From: a virus
Direction: 5' to 3' (one strand)
UHGV virus genome: UHGV-0093623
DNA: 35,667 nucleotides
The notes under the pieces are model-generated. The model did not search any database and was not told the origin of the DNA. It saw nothing but the letters and a program-made list of their open reading frames with translations. Shown here piece after piece: positions 15,704 through 30,526 of this stretch (within the stretch, counting starts at the first letter, position 1; the number at the start of each line of letters is the position of its first letter). A program made the translations under genes and the position numbers.

Positions 15704-15990
15704 TGGCGTATTTTCTGGATTTTGACGAGCGGGCACTAAAGGAATGGCGAAAGCTGGGCTCGACGGTACGTGAACAGTTGAAAAAGAAGCTGGTTGAAGT
15801 ACTTGAGTCACCCCGGATTGAAGCAAACAAGCTCCGTGGTATGCCTGATTGTTACAAGATTAAGCTCCGGTCTTCAGGCTATCGCCTTGTATACCAGGTT
15901 ATAGACGAGAAAGTTGTCGTTTTCGTGATTTCTGTTGGGAAAAGAGAACGCTCGGAAGTATATAGCGAGGCGGTCAAACGCATTCTCTGA
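15703..15990 (+). CDS. relE: RelE mRNA interferase toxin
   Basis: 95 aa, MAYFLDFDERALKEWRKLG... recognised as E. coli RelE; 1-nt overlap with relB. Confidence 0.95.
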   Translation: MAYFLDFDERALKEWRKLGSTVREQLKKKLVEVLESPRIEANKLRGMPDCYKIKLRSSGYRLVYQVIDEKVVVFVISVGKRERSEVYSEAVKRIL

Positions 15991-16061
15991 ACCAAAGCAT
16001 GACATCTCTGTTTCGCACCGAAGGTGACACTTCTGCTTTGCGTTGACAGGAGAAGCAGGCT

Positions 16062-16217
16062 ATGAAGCAGCAAAAGGCGATGTTAATCGCCCTGATCGTC
16101 ATCTGTTTAACCGTCATAGTGACGGCACTGGTAACGAGGAAAGACCTCTGCGAGGTACGAATCCGAACCGGCCAGACGGAGGTCGCTGTCTTCACAGCTT
16201 ACGAACCTGAGGAGTAA
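16062..16217 (+). CDS. hokD: Hok-family small membrane toxin HokD (RelF)
   Basis: 51 aa MKQQKAMLIALIVICLTVIVTALVTRKDLCEVRIRTGQTEVAVFTAYEPEE; not in ORF track (under 60 aa). Confidence 0.9.
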   Translation: MKQQKAMLIALIVICLTVIVTALVTRKDLCEVRIRTGQTEVAVFTAYEPEE

Positions 16218-16285
16218 GAGACCCGGCGGGGGAGAAATCCCTCGCCACCTCTGATGTGGCAGGCATCCTCAACGCACCCGCACTT

Positions 16286-16312
16286 AACCCGCTTCGGCGG
16301 GTTTTTGTTTTT
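16286..16312 (+). terminator. intrinsic terminator after hokD
   Basis: aacccgc-ttcg-gcgggtt followed by a T-run. Confidence 0.6.
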
Positions 16313-16433
16313 ATTTTCAACGCGTTTGAAGTTCTGGACGGTGCCGGAATAGAATCAAAAATACTTAAGTAGCGCGCAGGGATAAGAGGGATGGTCCCTT
16401 AAAGGGGAGAGCTAATTATCCGGAAGGATTCTG

Positions 16434-16685
16434 ATGATGAACATCGAAGAACTGCGTAAAATTTTTTGTGAAGATGGCCTCTATGCTGTGTGCGTTGAAA
16501 ATGGAAATCTTGTTAGTCATTACCGCATTATGTGTTTGCGAAAGAATGGGGCTGCGTTAATTAATTTTGTGGATGCTCGGGTCACGGACGGATTTATCTT
16601 GCGCGAAGGTGAGTTTGTCACTTCATTACAGGCATTGAAAGAGATCGGAATAAAAGCTGGCTTTTCTGCTTTTTCAGGAGAATAA
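16434..16685 (+). CDS. rem: Rem-like small protein (83 aa)
   Basis: position and length as Qin rem; weak recollection of sequence. Confidence 0.6.
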   Translation: MMNIEELRKIFCEDGLYAVCVENGNLVSHYRIMCLRKNGAALINFVDARVTDGFILREGEFVTSLQALKEIGIKAGFSAFSGE

Positions 16686-16751
16686 ACTCATCTACAATCT
16701 TGCGCGGGGCTGAACTCCCGCTGAGTAACACCGTGCCACCGGAGAAAACCG

Positions 16752-17030
16752 ATGGCACGCAACGCAAAATATTACAATTCTGATAATTCGCCCGTTCTTG
16801 CCTGCACGCACGGGCGGTATTCTCACGCATTCAAGTCTGAATGGTTCCGGCACCCTCCATGCACTGCAGAACAGGCCGAATGGCTGATTCATTCTTACCG
16901 CAGGCGCGGGTTCGAGGTTAAGAAAGCTCTCAGTCTCGACTATCGGCACTGGATAATCTCTGTCAGGCTGCCTTATTCCGAACGCCCACCACGTGCGTCC
17001 CGCACTTTCCAGCAACGGATCTGGAGGTAA
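16752..17030 (+). CDS. hypothetical 92-aa protein
   Basis: GGAGAAAA RBS; stop abuts the ydfU-like GTG start. Confidence 0.45.
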   Translation: MARNAKYYNSDNSPVLACTHGRYSHAFKSEWFRHPPCTAEQAEWLIHSYRRRGFEVKKALSLDYRHWIISVRLPYSERPPRASRTFQQRIWR

Positions 17031-17031
17031 C

Positions 17032-18081
17032 GTGCGGGTATTACTTAGACCTGTTCTGGTGCCTGAGCTTGGGCTGGTGGTCCTTAAGCCGGGCCGTGAA
17101 TCCATACAGATATTTCATAATCCTCGAGTGCTGGTGGAACCGGAACCAAAAAGCATGCGTAATCTGCCATCCGGAGTCGTTCCTGCCGTTCGCCAGCCGC
17201 TGGCGGAAGACAAAACATTGCTGCCGTTTTTTAGTAACGAACGGGTGATTCGTGCTGCTGGCGGCGTTGGCGCATTGTCCGACTGGCTATTACGTCATGT
17301 TACATCCTGCCAGTGGCCTAATGGCGATTACCATCACACTGAAACAGTCATTCACCGTTATGGTACCGGCGCAATGGTGTTGTGCTGGCACTGCGACAAC
17401 CAACTGCGTGACCAGACATCGGAATCACTGGAGCTGCTTGCTCAACAAAATCTGACAGCATGGGTGATTGACGTCATCCGTCACGCAATAAGCGGTACGC
17501 AGGAGCGGGAATTATCTTTGGCTGAATTATCCTGGTGGGCGGTCTGCAATCAGGTGGTGGATGCACTACCTGAGGCTGTATCGCGTCGTTCGCTGGGATT
17601 ACCAGCGGAAAAAATCTGCTCGGTGTACCGCGAAAGCGACATCGTACCGGGAGAGCAGACCGCCACCAGCATATTGAAACAACGCACAAAAAATCTTGCA
17701 CCGTTGCCTTACGCCCACCAGCAACAAAAATCACCACAGGAAAAGACGGTGGTAAGCATCACCGTTGATCCAGAGTCTCCGGAATCTTTCATGAAGCTGC
17801 CTAAACGTCGCCGCTGGGTTAAGGAGAAATACACACGTTGGGTTAAGACACAGCCGTGTGCTTGCTGCGGTATGCCAGCCGACGATCCGCATCATCTGAT
17901 TGGTCACGGGCAGGGCGGAATGGGAACAAAAGCACATGATCTCTTTGTGTTGCCTTTGTGCAGAAAGCATCACAACGAGCTGCATACGGATACAGTGGCA
18001 TTTGAAGATAAGTATGGCTCCCAACTGGAGCTGATATTTCGTTTTATCGATCGCGCGCTGGCAATTGGCGTACTGGCGTAA
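17032..18081 (+). CDS. ydfU: DUF968-type protein, YdfU-like (349 aa)
   Basis: GTG start with GGAGGT RBS gives 349 aa; Cys/His-rich C-terminus CACCGMPADDPHHLIGHG...CRKHHNELH. Confidence 0.7.
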   Translation: MRVLLRPVLVPELGLVVLKPGRESIQIFHNPRVLVEPEPKSMRNLPSGVVPAVRQPLAEDKTLLPFFSNERVIRAAGGVGALSDWLLRHVTSCQWPNGDYHHTETVIHRYGTGAMVLCWHCDNQLRDQTSESLELLAQQNLTAWVIDVIRHAISGTQERELSLAELSWWAVCNQVVDALPEAVSRRSLGLPAEKICSVYRESDIVPGEQTATSILKQRTKNLAPLPYAHQQQKSPQEKTVVSITVDPESPESFMKLPKRRRWVKEKYTRWVKTQPCACCGMPADDPHHLIGHGQGGMGTKAHDLFVLPLCRKHHNELHTDTVAFEDKYGSQLELIFRFIDRALAIGVLA

Positions 18082-18094
18082 GTGGAGAACGAGC

Positions 18095-18847
18095 ATGAAC
18101 CTTGAAGCCTTACCAAAATATTACTCCCCAAAATCTCCAAAATTGAGCGATGACGCTCCAGCGACAGGCACCGGTTGTTTAACAATTACGGATGTAATGG
18201 CAGCGCAGGGGATGGTGCAGTCGAAAGCACCACTTGGGTTGGCCTTATTTCTGGCAAAAGTTGGTGTTCAGGACCCTCAGTTTGCGATTGAAGGCCTGCT
18301 AAATTACGCGATGGCACTGAATAACCCGACATTGAACAAATTGAGTGAAGAAATCCGGTTACAGATTATTCCTTACCTCGTGAGTTTTGCCTTTGCTGAT
18401 TACTCCAGGTCTGCGGCAAGTAAGGCTCGCTGTGAGCATTGTTCAGGTACGGGATTTTATAATGTATTGCGCGAAGTGGTGAAACACTACAGACGCGGGG
18501 AATCTGTAATCAAGGAAGAATGGGTGAAGGAACTATGTCAGCATTGCCATGGTAAGGGCGAAGCCAGCACAGCGTGCAGAGGGTGTAAGGGTAAAGGGAT
18601 TGTTCTGGATGAAAAAAGAACCCGGTTTCATGGCGTACCGGTATATAAGATTTGTGGGCGTTGTAATGGAAACCGGTTTAGTCGTTTACCGACCACGCTG
18701 GCACGACGTCATGTCCAGAAGCTGGTACCAGACCTGACCGATTATCAGTGGTATAAGGGGTATGCGGACGTCATTGGTAAACTGGTAACAAAGTGCTGGC
18801 AGGAAGAAGCATACGCGGAAGCGCAATTGAGGAAGGTGACGAGATAA
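18095..18847 (+). CDS. quuQ: late-gene antiterminator Q-like (250 aa)
   Basis: Cys-rich zinc-binding region CEHCSGTG...CQHCHGKGE...CRGCKGKG...CGRCNGN; position before the lysis genes. Confidence 0.8.
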   Translation: MNLEALPKYYSPKSPKLSDDAPATGTGCLTITDVMAAQGMVQSKAPLGLALFLAKVGVQDPQFAIEGLLNYAMALNNPTLNKLSEEIRLQIIPYLVSFAFADYSRSAASKARCEHCSGTGFYNVLREVVKHYRRGESVIKEEWVKELCQHCHGKGEASTACRGCKGKGIVLDEKRTRFHGVPVYKICGRCNGNRFSRLPTTLARRHVQKLVPDLTDYQWYKGYADVIGKLVTKCWQEEAYAEAQLRKVTR

Positions 18848-18878
18848 ATGATTTTTGCTGAAGATGGCGACATGATGT

Positions 18879-18907
18879 TTGCATTTTTCAAAAAATATGG
18901 ATAAAAT
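18879..18907 (+). promoter_or_regulatory. candidate late promoter (PR'-like) TTGCAT-N17-TAAAAT
   Basis: sigma-70-like hexamers about 30 nt downstream of the Q stop. Confidence 0.45.
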
Positions 18908-18952
18908 TTTTTCAACGATGGGCTTTGTATACCCGACGTTAAGAAAAAGTAG

Positions 18953-18983
18953 AAAACCCGCTGATGAGCGGGTTTTGTGCTTT
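18953..18983 (+). terminator. intrinsic terminator (tR'-like)
   Basis: aaaacccgc-tgatga-gcgggtttt then gtgcttt. Confidence 0.55.
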
Positions 18984-19268
18984 AAATGGGGCAATGGTAA
19001 TGTTGAATCTCATCCCGGGACTCATGTCTGTTAACTTATTATTTAGCTGGTGACTTGGTTATTTGCCTGATGTTTAAAATGTTTTCTTCCAGTACAATGT
19101 CCCTAAACACAATGAGTCTGCTTATTATATTATTAGCAGAGCTATTACGGCCAAAGTACAGCATAAGCTTTTAAAGCCAATCAACCAGTCATCAAGACAG
19201 ACGGGGTTATTCATAAAAACTCTCCATGTGTGATCCGATGGGGCCTGAAATTAAAGCTTTAATATAGC

Positions 19269-19481
19269 TCATGAAAGGTAAACATTGGCAGCTGAAGGGC
19301 CACGCAGACCATTTATCCGGCAAAATTCCACGCGTAATCCGGTGGTAATTTCTTCTGCATCGCGGAGATTGAGCGCTGAAACATGAAGCTGGACATCGAT
19401 ACGACCATCGGATGGGGTGATAAGACCCTTGCCGCTTTTGCCGTCAAAGGTTTTGACAATTCCTGTCATTTTACGGGACAA
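19269..19481 (-). CDS. cspF: cold-shock-domain protein CspF
   Basis: 70 aa, CSD fold, [19 protein letters not shown]. Confidence 0.85.
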
Positions 19482-19781
19482 AAAAATTCCTTAATACTGA
19501 TAACTTGGCGCACTATACACACGTTCCTGAAGAAAGCTATAGTTTTTTGATGGGGTTGAAGATGGCTGGATGTCTAAAATAAACATTGCTTCATATGTTC
19601 AACTATGCGTTAATGATTGCGTCGGTTTGAAGAACAGACGATATACGAAGTAGTTTACTAAAGCAGTTCTCATTTCAGGTGTTATTCACTTATTCCTTCT
19701 TTGAGTCTCTCCAATTAAGTACGAAGTCGTTTCTGTTATGCAAACCATTTATGCCGAAAGGCTCAAGTTAAGGAATGTAGA

Positions 19782-19997
19782 ATGTCAAATAAAATGACTG
19801 GTTTAGTAAAATGGTTTAACGCTGATAAAGGTTTCGGCTTTATTTCTCCTGTTGATGGTAGTAAAGATGTGTTTGTGCATTTTTCTGCGATTCAGAATGA
19901 TAATTATCGAACCTTATTTGAAGGTCAAAAGGTTACCTTCTCTATAGAGAGTGGTGCTAAAGGTCCTGCAGCAGCAAATGTCATCATTACTGATTAA
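19782..19997 (+). CDS. cspB: cold-shock protein CspB
   Basis: 71 aa, [21 protein letters not shown]... with RNP motifs. Confidence 0.9.
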   Translation: MSNKMTGLVKWFNADKGFGFISPVDGSKDVFVHFSAIQNDNYRTLFEGQKVTFSIESGAKGPAAANVIITD

Positions 19998-20277
19998 AAT
20001 TCATCGCTCGTCTGTATACGATAACGAAGAAGGCTGATGCCTGAGTAGAGATACGGACAGAGTAGTGAATATTGGATCTCTTTAATAAAAAGTAAGGAGG
20101 TCCAATACATGAAACAATGGCTAGCATATTTGGCAAAATCTTAATCAGGAAAAGTATGCTAACCATTGTGGTGAAGTGCAGGTTTGCTGCATGAATAGTT
20201 TTACAGCAGAAGCTAACTGCTGGCATGGCAAAACAAAGTGCGTAAGTGGATGACTCCCACAAAAAGCACCACAATCT

Positions 20278-20301
20278 CAAACCCGCTCAGGCGGGTTTTT
20301 T
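20278..20301 (+). terminator. intrinsic terminator
   Basis: aaacccgc-tcag-gcgggtttttt. Confidence 0.5.
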
Positions 20302-20360
20302 ATTATCTGCTTTAAATATATTATTAAAATATAAAAAATACTTGTTACTAATAAAATCAA

Positions 20361-20531
20361 TCAGGCTACAGCTTTAAGATTTGTCTGGAATACTTTGTTG
20401 CAATGAGGGCAGATCAAAAGGGCACCTTTTTGTACTCTTGAAAAACTGTGTTCTGACTCTTGGGTGCAGTTTGGGCAGGAACATTTAACGAGATAATTAC
20501 GGCGTGATTTTGAGTTTTTACGTTCTGACAT
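20361..20531 (-). CDS. small zinc-ribbon protein (56 aa from internal ATG)
   Basis: CxxC...CxxC (CPNCTQ...CPHCNK); AGGA 9 nt upstream of ATG 20531. Confidence 0.5.
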   Translation of the reverse strand: MSERKNSKSRRNYLVKCSCPNCTQESEHSFSRVQKGALLICPHCNKVFQTNLKAVA

Positions 20532-20750
20532 AGGCTTTTCCTGTATAAATGGCCGTATACAGTACACTAAATATGAAAACATTTCTCGTATTATTATTTT
20601 ATATATGACTTTCTTTCAAAATAATTACCCACATTTTTAATGTGTATGTTTTTTTAGCGCCGTTGAGAACAACGTGTGCTGTCAAAACTACCCCGTAGAC
20701 TCCGAGCTTTTCAAACATATTGCACCATCCGTGTACATCGGGGTGAGGAT

Positions 20751-20966
20751 ATGAAATCAATGGATAAGTTAACAACAGGTGTTGCCTATGGCACATCGGC
20801 GGGTAATGCTGGTTTCTGGGCATTGCAGTTACTCGATAAAGTAACTCCGTCACAGTGGGCTGCAATCGGTGTGCTGGGTAGCCTGGTTTTTGGCCTGCTG
20901 ACGTATCTGACAAATCTTTATTTCAAGATTAAAGAAGACAGGCGTAAGGCTGCGAGAGGAGAGTAA
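20751..20966 (+). CDS. essQ: class II holin (pinholin, S21-like) with dual start MKSM
   Basis: 71 aa; GAGGA RBS; two hydrophobic helices; adjacent to a SAR endolysin. Confidence 0.85.
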   Translation: MKSMDKLTTGVAYGTSAGNAGFWALQLLDKVTPSQWAAIGVLGSLVFGLLTYLTNLYFKIKEDRRKAARGE

Positions 20967-20970
20967 TCCA

Positions 20971-21278
20971 ATGACTCAAGACTATGAACTGGTTGTGAAA
21001 GGAGTCCGTAATTTTGAGAATAAAGTTACGGTAACTGTAGCCTTACAGGACAAAGAACGCTTTGACGGTGAAATTTTTGACCTGGATGTCGCCATGGACC
21101 GTGTTGAAGGAGCTGCGCTGGAGTTTTATGAGGCAGCAGCCAGAAGGAGCGTCCGGCAAGTCTTCCTGGAAGTAGCAGAAAAATTGTCAGAAAAAGTTGA
21201 GTCTTATCTGCAGCATCAGTACTCCTTTAAGATTGAAAATCCTGCCAATAAGCACGAGCGTCCTCATCATAAATATCT

Positions 21279-21282
<4 letters not shown>
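20971..21282 (+). CDS. ydfR: DUF1327-type protein, YdfR-like (103 aa)
   Basis: position between holin and endolysin as in Qin; length match. Confidence 0.7.
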
Positions 21283-22306
<1,024 letters not shown>

Positions 22307-22669
22307 GGTAATATTAAATCGGAACATTTACATCGCGGAATGTAAAATTTAAATAAAAAGGACTCTTCCATGAGCCAAAATTCCTGAAATCTTAAGGGTA
22401 AGATAAAAGGTCTTAATCAGAATGACACGTTTTATTAATAAATAAAGCTATTCTTTCATTGCTGTGTTTTTCTTTACAAAAGTAATCCTTGCTATGGGTG
22501 GTTAATCATGCGTTAATGGTGTTCTGGTTTGTTACAAATTTATCTGAAGCAGTCATTGTTATAATTTTATTATTTGTACCTCTTGAGATTTCCTTGTTGG
22601 TTTTTCTCTCTGATATTTTTTTTTCGGACCATTCTGCCCAAGGGCTAATTTCTTCAAAAGGTAATAATT

Positions 22670-22882
22670 ATGTCTAACAAAATGACTGGTTTAGTGAAAT
22701 GGTTTAACCCTGAAAAAGGTTTTGGTTTCATCACGCCGAAAGATGGCAGCAAAGATGTGTTTGTCCATTTCTCAGCAATTCAGAGCAACGATTTCAAAAC
22801 ATTAACTGAGAATCAGGAAGTTGAATTTGGTATTGAGAACGGACCTAAAGGTCCTGCCGCTGTTCATGTAGTGGCGCTTTGA
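22670..22882 (+). CDS. cspI: cold-shock protein CspI
   Basis: 70 aa, [21 protein letters not shown]... Confidence 0.9.
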   Translation: MSNKMTGLVKWFNPEKGFGFITPKDGSKDVFVHFSAIQSNDFKTLTENQEVEFGIENGPKGPAAVHVVAL

Positions 22883-23087
22883 GGTAGACAATATTACAAA
22901 CCATATTCACTTTAGATGCCCGTGTTGTCATGGTTCCCAGTATAGAACATCATCTTTTGATGTTTCTGACATGAATCCTTTCGGGGCAAAATGTATCTTT
23001 TGTAAATCAATGATGATTACATTTGATAATATTTCACAATACTTAAATGCCAGCCGTCTGTCGTTGGATTTAAAAAAGTGAAAATGA

Positions 23088-23109
23088 AGGCTCCTTCGGG
23101 AGCTTTTTT
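23088..23109 (+). terminator. intrinsic terminator
   Basis: ggctcc-ttc-gggagc then T-run. Confidence 0.5.
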
Positions 23110-23153
23110 GCTTGGTGTCTATTCGATGGGTACTCACATACTACGGTAACATC

Positions 23154-23384
23154 ATGAAAAAAATCATAGTTTTTTTTAACTCTGAACCAGCAGTGGTAGT
23201 GCCAGCGATGACTGGAGTTAACACCATCATGCGTGAATATCCAAATGGCGAAAAAACACACCTTACTGTAATGGCCGCAGGGTTTCCATCTCTGACCGGA
23301 GATCATAAAGTCATTTATGTAGCCGCGGATCGACATGTTACTTCAGAAGAAATTCTGGAAGCAGCAATAAGGCTCTTGAGTTGA
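23154..23384 (+). CDS. hypothetical 76-aa protein
   Basis: ORF track (ATG 23154 preferred); no clear RBS. Confidence 0.4.
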   Translation: MKKIIVFFNSEPAVVVPAMTGVNTIMREYPNGEKTHLTVMAAGFPSLTGDHKVIYVAADRHVTSEEILEAAIRLLS

Positions 23385-23555
23385 TTTGATGCTATTGCAT
23401 TGATAATTCAGGAAAATTCTCTTTGTCTGTTTGTGTAAAATTTAGACTATCGTATGTTGATTATTGCGATGTTTCATCTTATCTTTTACACGTTTGCACC
23501 ATATAATCGACTTACTGTGTAACTGGAAAGTCATAACAGACTAAAAGAGGAAATG

Positions 23556-23729
23556 ATGAATATTGAAAACTTAAAAACAAAAGCAGAAGCAGATATTTCT
23601 GAATATATAACAAAAAAAATTATTGAACTTAAGAAAAAGACCGGGAAAGAAGTTACCAGTATTCAGTTTACCGCACGGGAAAAAATGACGGGTCTTGAAA
23701 GCTATGATGTCAAGATTAATTTAATCTGA
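23556..23729 (+). CDS. gnsB: GnsA/GnsB-family small protein (57 aa)
   Basis: MNIENLKTKAEADISEYITKKIIELKKKTGKEVTSIQFTAREKMTGLESYDVKINLI; AAGAGG RBS; not in ORF track. Confidence 0.8.
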   Translation: MNIENLKTKAEADISEYITKKIIELKKKTGKEVTSIQFTAREKMTGLESYDVKINLI

Positions 23730-23880
23730 TGTATTCAATAATAAAATTTATCCATAAACCTCGTTTTTACGGGGTTTTGTTATATTTGAATGGTTCCGAA
23801 TATCTAAATCACAATTGTTGATGGTTTTTATTAAACCAATGCAGTCCGGCTCAGGAGTGAGAGAAGCCGGACGTTATGGT

Positions 23881-24291
23881 TTAGAGTGGTAAGATCTGTG
23901 TAGTTTTCTGGATGCTTTCAGTAAATAGTAATGAATTATCAAAGGTATAGTAATATCTTTTTTGTTCGTGGATATTTGTAACCCACCGAAAAACTCCTGC
24001 TTTAGCAAGGTTTCTTCTGTATTCCTGAAATGTGATCTCTCTGGATTTCAGCTTATTAGAGGTCGTTTCTATAAGATGCCTATCCTTTGAAAATTTGACA
24101 GACACAATGTTTTTTAGGCCCTTTAATAACACTGTATTATCATTTTTTAATACAATATGAACATTCTCTGTGGCTAAATAGTAAATGTAATGTGAGACAT
24201 TGTGACGTTTTAGCTCAGAATAAAACCATTGATAGTTTAAATCGTTTCGAACTTTATCAAATATTTGTTTAAAAATGACTACCTGATCCAT
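23881..24291 (-). CDS. ydfO: DUF1398-type protein, YdfO-like (136 aa from internal Met)
   Basis: length and position match Qin ydfO; weak sequence recollection. Confidence 0.6.
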
Positions 24292-24348
24292 AGATAAACC
24301 TTCCATGTGATATGAGGGGGCGTAGTCTGCACGATTATCTAAATTGCT

Positions 24349-24582
24349 TCAATCTGGTCTGACCTGTTTTCTGAGCAATTCAGTAATGTCACTCTTTTCT
24401 TTGTTTGCTTCAGGCGAAACTCTTTTTTCTGAGCACAGTCTCCGGCGGCAGGCTTCAATGACCCAGGCTGAGAAATTCCCGGACCCTTTTTGAACAAGAG
24501 CGATGTTAATTTGTTCAATCATTTGGTTAGGAAAGCGGATGTTGCGGGTTGTTGTTCTGCGGGTTCTGTTCTTCGTTGACAT
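24349..24582 (-). CDS. hypothetical 77-aa basic protein, possible ribbon-helix-helix DNA binding
   Basis: ORF track; basic N-terminus then TRNIRFPNQMIEQINIAL pattern. Confidence 0.45.
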   Translation of the reverse strand: MSTKNRTRRTTTRNIRFPNQMIEQINIALVQKGSGNFSAWVIEACRRRLCSEKRVSPEANKEKSDITELLRKQVRPD

Positions 24583-24781
24583 GAGGTTGCCCTGTATTCA
24601 GTGTCGCTGATTTGTATTGTCTGAAGTTGTTTTTACGTTAAGTTGATGCAGATCAATTAATACGATACCTGCGTCATAATTGATTATTTGACGTGGTTTG
24701 ATGGCGTAGATGCACGTTGTGACATGTAGATGATAATTATTATCATTTTTCGGGTCCTTTCCGGCGATCCGACAGGTTACG

Positions 24782-24793
24782 GGGCGGCGACCT
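24782..24793. other. cosN cohesive-end sequence GGGCGGCGACCT (lambda-type cos)
   Basis: ...caggttacg|GGGCGGCGACCT|cgcgggttttcgctatttatgaaaattttccggtttaaggcg matches the lambda end sequences as I recall them. Confidence 0.85.
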
Positions 24794-24970
24794 CGCGGGT
24801 TTTCGCTATTTATGAAAATTTTCCGGTTTAAGGCGTTTCCGTTCTTCTTCGTCGTAACTTAATGTTTTTATTTAAAATACCCCCTGAAAAGAAAGGAAAC
24901 GACAGGTGCTGAAAGCGAGCTTTTTGGCCTCTGTCGTTTCCTTTCTCTGTTTTTGTCCGTGGAATGAGCA

Positions 24971-25490
24971 ATGGAAGTCAACAAAAAGCAGCTGGCTGAC
25001 ATTTTCGGTGCGAGTATCCGTACCATTCAGAACTGGCAGGAACAGGGAATGCCCGTTCTGCGAGGCGGTGGCAAGGGTAATGAGGTGCTTTATGACTCTG
25101 CCGCCGTCATAAAATGGTATGCCGAAAGGGATGCTGAAATTGAGAACGAAAAGCTGCGCCGGGAGGTTGAAGAACTGCGGCAGGCCAGCGAGGCAGATCT
25201 CCAGCCAGGGACTATTGAGTACGAACGCCACCGACTTACGCGTGCGCAGGCCGACGCACAGGAACTGAAGAATGCCAGAGACTCCGCTGAAGTGGTGGAA
25301 ACCGCATTCTGTACTTTCGTGTTGTCGCGGATCGCAGGTGAAATTGCCAGTATTCTCGACGGGATCCCCCTGTCGGTGCAGCGGCGTTTTCCGGAACTGG
25401 AAAACCGACATGTTGATTTCCTGAAACGGGATATCATCAAAGCCATGAACAAAGCAGCCGCGCTGGATGAACTGATACCGGGGTTGCTGA

Positions 25491-25516
<26 letters not shown>
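24971..25516 (+). CDS. nu1: terminase small subunit Nu1
   Basis: 181 aa, MEVNKKQLADIFGASIRTIQNWQEQGMPV... recognised as lambda Nu1. Confidence 0.95.
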
Positions 25517-29197
<3,681 letters not shown>

Positions 29198-29217
<20 letters not shown>

Positions 29218-30517
29218 TCTCCCGCATATTGCCAGCATGGCCTTTAATGAGCCGCTGATGCTTGAACCCGCCTATGCGCGGGTTTTCTTTTGTGCGCTTG
29301 CAGGCCAGCTTGGGATCAGCCGCCTGACGGATGCGGTGTCCGGCGACAGCCTGACTGCCGGAGAGGCACCCGCGACGCTGGCGTTATCCGTTGATGATGA
29401 CGGACCACGACAGGCCCGCAGTTATCAGGTCATGAACGGCATCGCCGTGCTGCCGGTGTCCGGTACGCTGGTCAGCCGGACGCGGGCGCTGCAGCCTTAT
29501 TCGGGGATGACCGGTTACAACGGCATTATCGCCCGTCTGCAACAGGCTGCCAGTGACCCGATGGTGGACGGCATTCTGCTCGATATGGACACGCCCGGCG
29601 GAATGGTGGCAGGGACATTTGACTGCGCTGACATCATCGCCCGTGTGCGTGACATAAAACCGGTATGGGCGCTGGCCAACGACATGAACTGCAGTGCAGG
29701 TCAGCTGCTTGCCAGCGCCGCCTCCCGGCGTCTGGTCACGCAGACCGCCCGGACAGGCTCCATCGGCGTCATGATGGCTCACAGTAATTACGGTGCTGCG
29801 CTGGAGAAACAGGGCGTGGAAATCACGCTGATTTACAGCGGCAGCCATAAGGTGGATGGCAACCCCTACAGCCATCTTCCGGATGACGTCCGGGAGACAC
29901 TGCAGTCCCGGATGGATGCAACCCGCCGGATGTTTGCGCAGAAGGTGTCGGCATATACCGGCCTGTCCGTGCAGGCTGTGCTGGATACCGAGGCTGCAGT
30001 GTACAGCGGTCAGGAGGCCATTGATGCCGGACTGGCTGATGAACTTGTTAACAGCACCGATGCGATCACCGTCATGCGTGATGCACTGGATGCACGTAAA
30101 TCCCGTCTCTCAGGAGGGCGAATGACCAAAGAGACTCAATCAACAACTGTTTCAGCCACCGCTTCGCAGGCTGACGTTACTGACGTGGTGCAAGCGACGG
30201 AGGGCGAAAACGCCAGCGCGGCGCAGCCGGACGTGAACACGCAGATCACCGCAGCGGTTGCGGCAGAAAACAGCCGCATTATGGGGATCCTCAACTGTGA
30301 GGAGGCTCACGGACGCGAAGAACAGGCGCGCGTGCTGGCAGAAACCCCCGGAATGACCGTGGAAACGGCCCGCCGCATTCTGGCCGCAGCACCACAGAGT
30401 GCACAGGCGCGCAGTGACACTGCGCTGGATCGTCTGATGCAGGGTGCACCGGCACCACTGGCTGCAGGTAACCCGGCATCTGATGCCGTTAACGATTTGC
30501 TGAACACACCAGTGTAA
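29198..30517 (+). CDS. C: prohead protease / scaffold C (GTG start)
   Basis: GTG at 29198 preceded by GAGGAGGAG gives 439 aa starting VTAELRNLPHIASMAFNEPL. Confidence 0.9.
29912..30517 (+). CDS. nu3: scaffolding protein Nu3, in-frame internal start within C
   Basis: ATG at 29912 in the C frame (MDATRRMFAQKV...); arrangement known from lambda. Confidence 0.6.
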   Translation: MDATRRMFAQKVSAYTGLSVQAVLDTEAAVYSGQEAIDAGLADELVNSTDAITVMRDALDARKSRLSGGRMTKETQSTTVSATASQADVTDVVQATEGENASAAQPDVNTQITAAVAAENSRIMGILNCEEAHGREEQARVLAETPGMTVETARRILAAAPQSAQARSDTALDRLMQGAPAPLAAGNPASDAVNDLLNTPV

Positions 30518-30526
30518 GGGATGTTT

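Noticed and set aside
18848-19268. Possible tRNA genes downstream of Q, as in some Stx-type lambdoid phages
   Set aside because: No cloverleaf-compatible sequence seen by eye (no GTTC-type T-arm with matching acceptor stem); the region instead fits a promoter plus terminator. A tRNAscan run would confirm.
20093-20144. 11-codon ORF (MKQWLAYLAKS) with a strong TAAGGAGG RBS after cspB
   Set aside because: Too short to call and no supporting context; may be a leader peptide or chance.
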